Source of the DNA: Takakia lepidozioides
Taxonomy: Eukaryota; Plantae; Bryophyta
Direction: 5' to 3'
Length of the DNA: 64,000 bases
Assembly: GCA_030704615.1 (NCBI GenBank)
Contig: CM060734.1
Coordinates: 62,992,001 to 63,056,000, forward strand
Both the position numbers and the translations under genes were made by a program. This document shows, piece after piece, positions 62,311 through 64,000 of the stretch. The notes beneath the pieces were generated by a model. That model worked only from the letters and a program-made list of their open reading frames with translations. It made no database searches and had not been told where the DNA came from. The first letter of the stretch is position 1. Each line of letters opens with the position of its first letter.

Positions 62311-64000
62311 TTAACAGGGCTTATTTCCTTTCCCCTTCCACATCAAAAAGTGCATAGTTCCAATGAAGTCACCGACTTAGACAGCAGCTGCAATACCTAT
62401 ACTGTCCTTTCATGCATAATCTACCAAGAACATGTGACAGCTGTGTACACCTTCACACAGACAAAAAACTACCACATATAATATCTGCACACAACTTACC
62501 TGTACGTACACTCAAAACACACAACTTTTCTGCTCCAAATCTGTCTAAATGATGGCGATTGACTATACCCTCAATGAAACAGACTGCTCCTTGGGGATTT
62601 GCAATGGATAGCTCAGTGGCTCCCATCATTAATAAAACACTGAGCAGAAACCCCATGCATCAAACATAGAAAGATCTGGAATCTGTGATGCGTGGATTTA
62701 GGAAAAGAGGAGGCTTTCATACTGGAAGCACTGCAAGAACCCCCTGGCACTTGCGCTCACCACAGACTTTTGCATAAATGCTTCCAGCTCCGCCAACTGA
62801 TGTTTACCCACCCAAGTTTCTTAAAGGTATGACTCCACAGTGCCTTCTTGGTGCCCTTGTGCTTGAAATGTGATCCTCTGGGATTGGTCTGCACCTACAC
62901 TCCATTTCCTCCCCACAAGTAGCTGACAATAACAACCCATGAGTTCACTAACAACCCTACCGGCAGTACACTAGTTCCTACTGTGTGACGGAGAGAGAGG
63001 AACGAAAGACAGAAGGTATGGGGTGTGGCTACTAAGTCATACACCTGCAGAACTAGTTCCTCTCAATACTGACCCCCAGTGTGGATTTGGAAGCTATCTA
63101 CACATTAGGGTGTGGGAGCAGAATTTGTCTTACTGCTGATTACAGGGACTGATCGGAACTAACTTGATGAGTGGGCTTGAAAATCTGTACTCACATTTAA
63201 ATGCCGTGGAGTTATGGCCACTCCCTACCAGTCAGGATTTGGGATGCTCTGTGGAAGTTCAAGACTTCAAGTTGCTCTTATGATGCCACAGATGTGCCAG
63301 TGAATATATCATGACAATGTGCGTGGAATGGAGTGTGGGAGGGTCTTTGGTACAAGTCAGCACTTCCTCCTGTGGGTTCAAGCAATACTGAGATTCCCTT
63401 CCGCATAACAGTGGGAACATCCACCCTCGGTATGAGAAGATGACTTGTGATGTACGAGTAGTGTAAAGTAGTGAACTCACATGCACAAGGAAAGATTGAA
63501 ATATCAGGGATAGTTTCATTGTTCAAGAAGTTCCACTTTCTGGTAACTGAGTGGAGAAATGACATGACCAGGGGCATGCTGAGGCTGCTGGATGGGTTGC
63601 TGCAACTACATCATCTGAAGAATGCCGAGAGAATGCCAAGGCTAGCATCCCCAATGACTTTTCTTGGTACAAGAGGTGAACTCATGCCTGAGCCATTCTA
63701 TGCTTAGTGCTGGACCTCCATGAAATCACCACTGAGACATAGAACTTTAATTTCCAATGTGTGTGTGCTCTTGGAAGCTTTCTTCTGAAGAGCGTGGAGT
63801 TGGAAGATTTCAAACAATACGAGGTGTTTAATCCACATCTTCCTGCAACCTTTTCTTATCTGGAGATTTCACCATTAGGCGTATTCTCTTGATAGCTGGA
63901 TGAAAGGTTTCCTTCGAGTTGACCAACTTGCAGATTCAACTAGATATGGCCCCAAGTTACTCTCGCCTGAAATAAGGAGGATGCCATGTGATAACCCTGG

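Noticed and set aside
62450-64000. Short ORFs at the window end
   Set aside because: No identifiable motifs; possibly decayed repeat sequence.

Overview
Eukaryotic nuclear DNA from a land plant, most likely a non-seed plant (bryophyte, lycophyte or fern), inferred from the many PLS-type PPR genes and the transposon families present. About 1-46 kb is a nest of decayed transposons: a tRNA-derived SINE, a non-autonomous MULE, a Sola-like DNA transposon, LINE fragments including Dualen-like RNaseH+RLE pieces, a minus-strand Ty3/Gypsy, a large two-gene MULE and hAT MITEs. About 46-62 kb holds host genes: a 2-exon membrane-protein gene, a LEA gene with ABREs, RPL26, two candidate C/D snoRNAs and two decaying PPR RNA-editing-factor genes. 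The main discovery is a 9.5-kb Ty3/Gypsy element (27586-37085, 4-bp TSD CCAC). Its polyprotein carries a complete DNMT3-like C5 cytosine methyltransferase between protease and RT, and a C-terminal PHD finger after integrase. It has no direct LTR pair and looks like one LTR split across its two ends. It sits inside a MULE accessory gene with a ParB/Srx-like DGNHR motif, and that MULE carries about 30 copies of a 16-bp palindrome (AAGTC-N6-GACTT). All calls come from reading the sequence and ORFs by eye; no searches were run.
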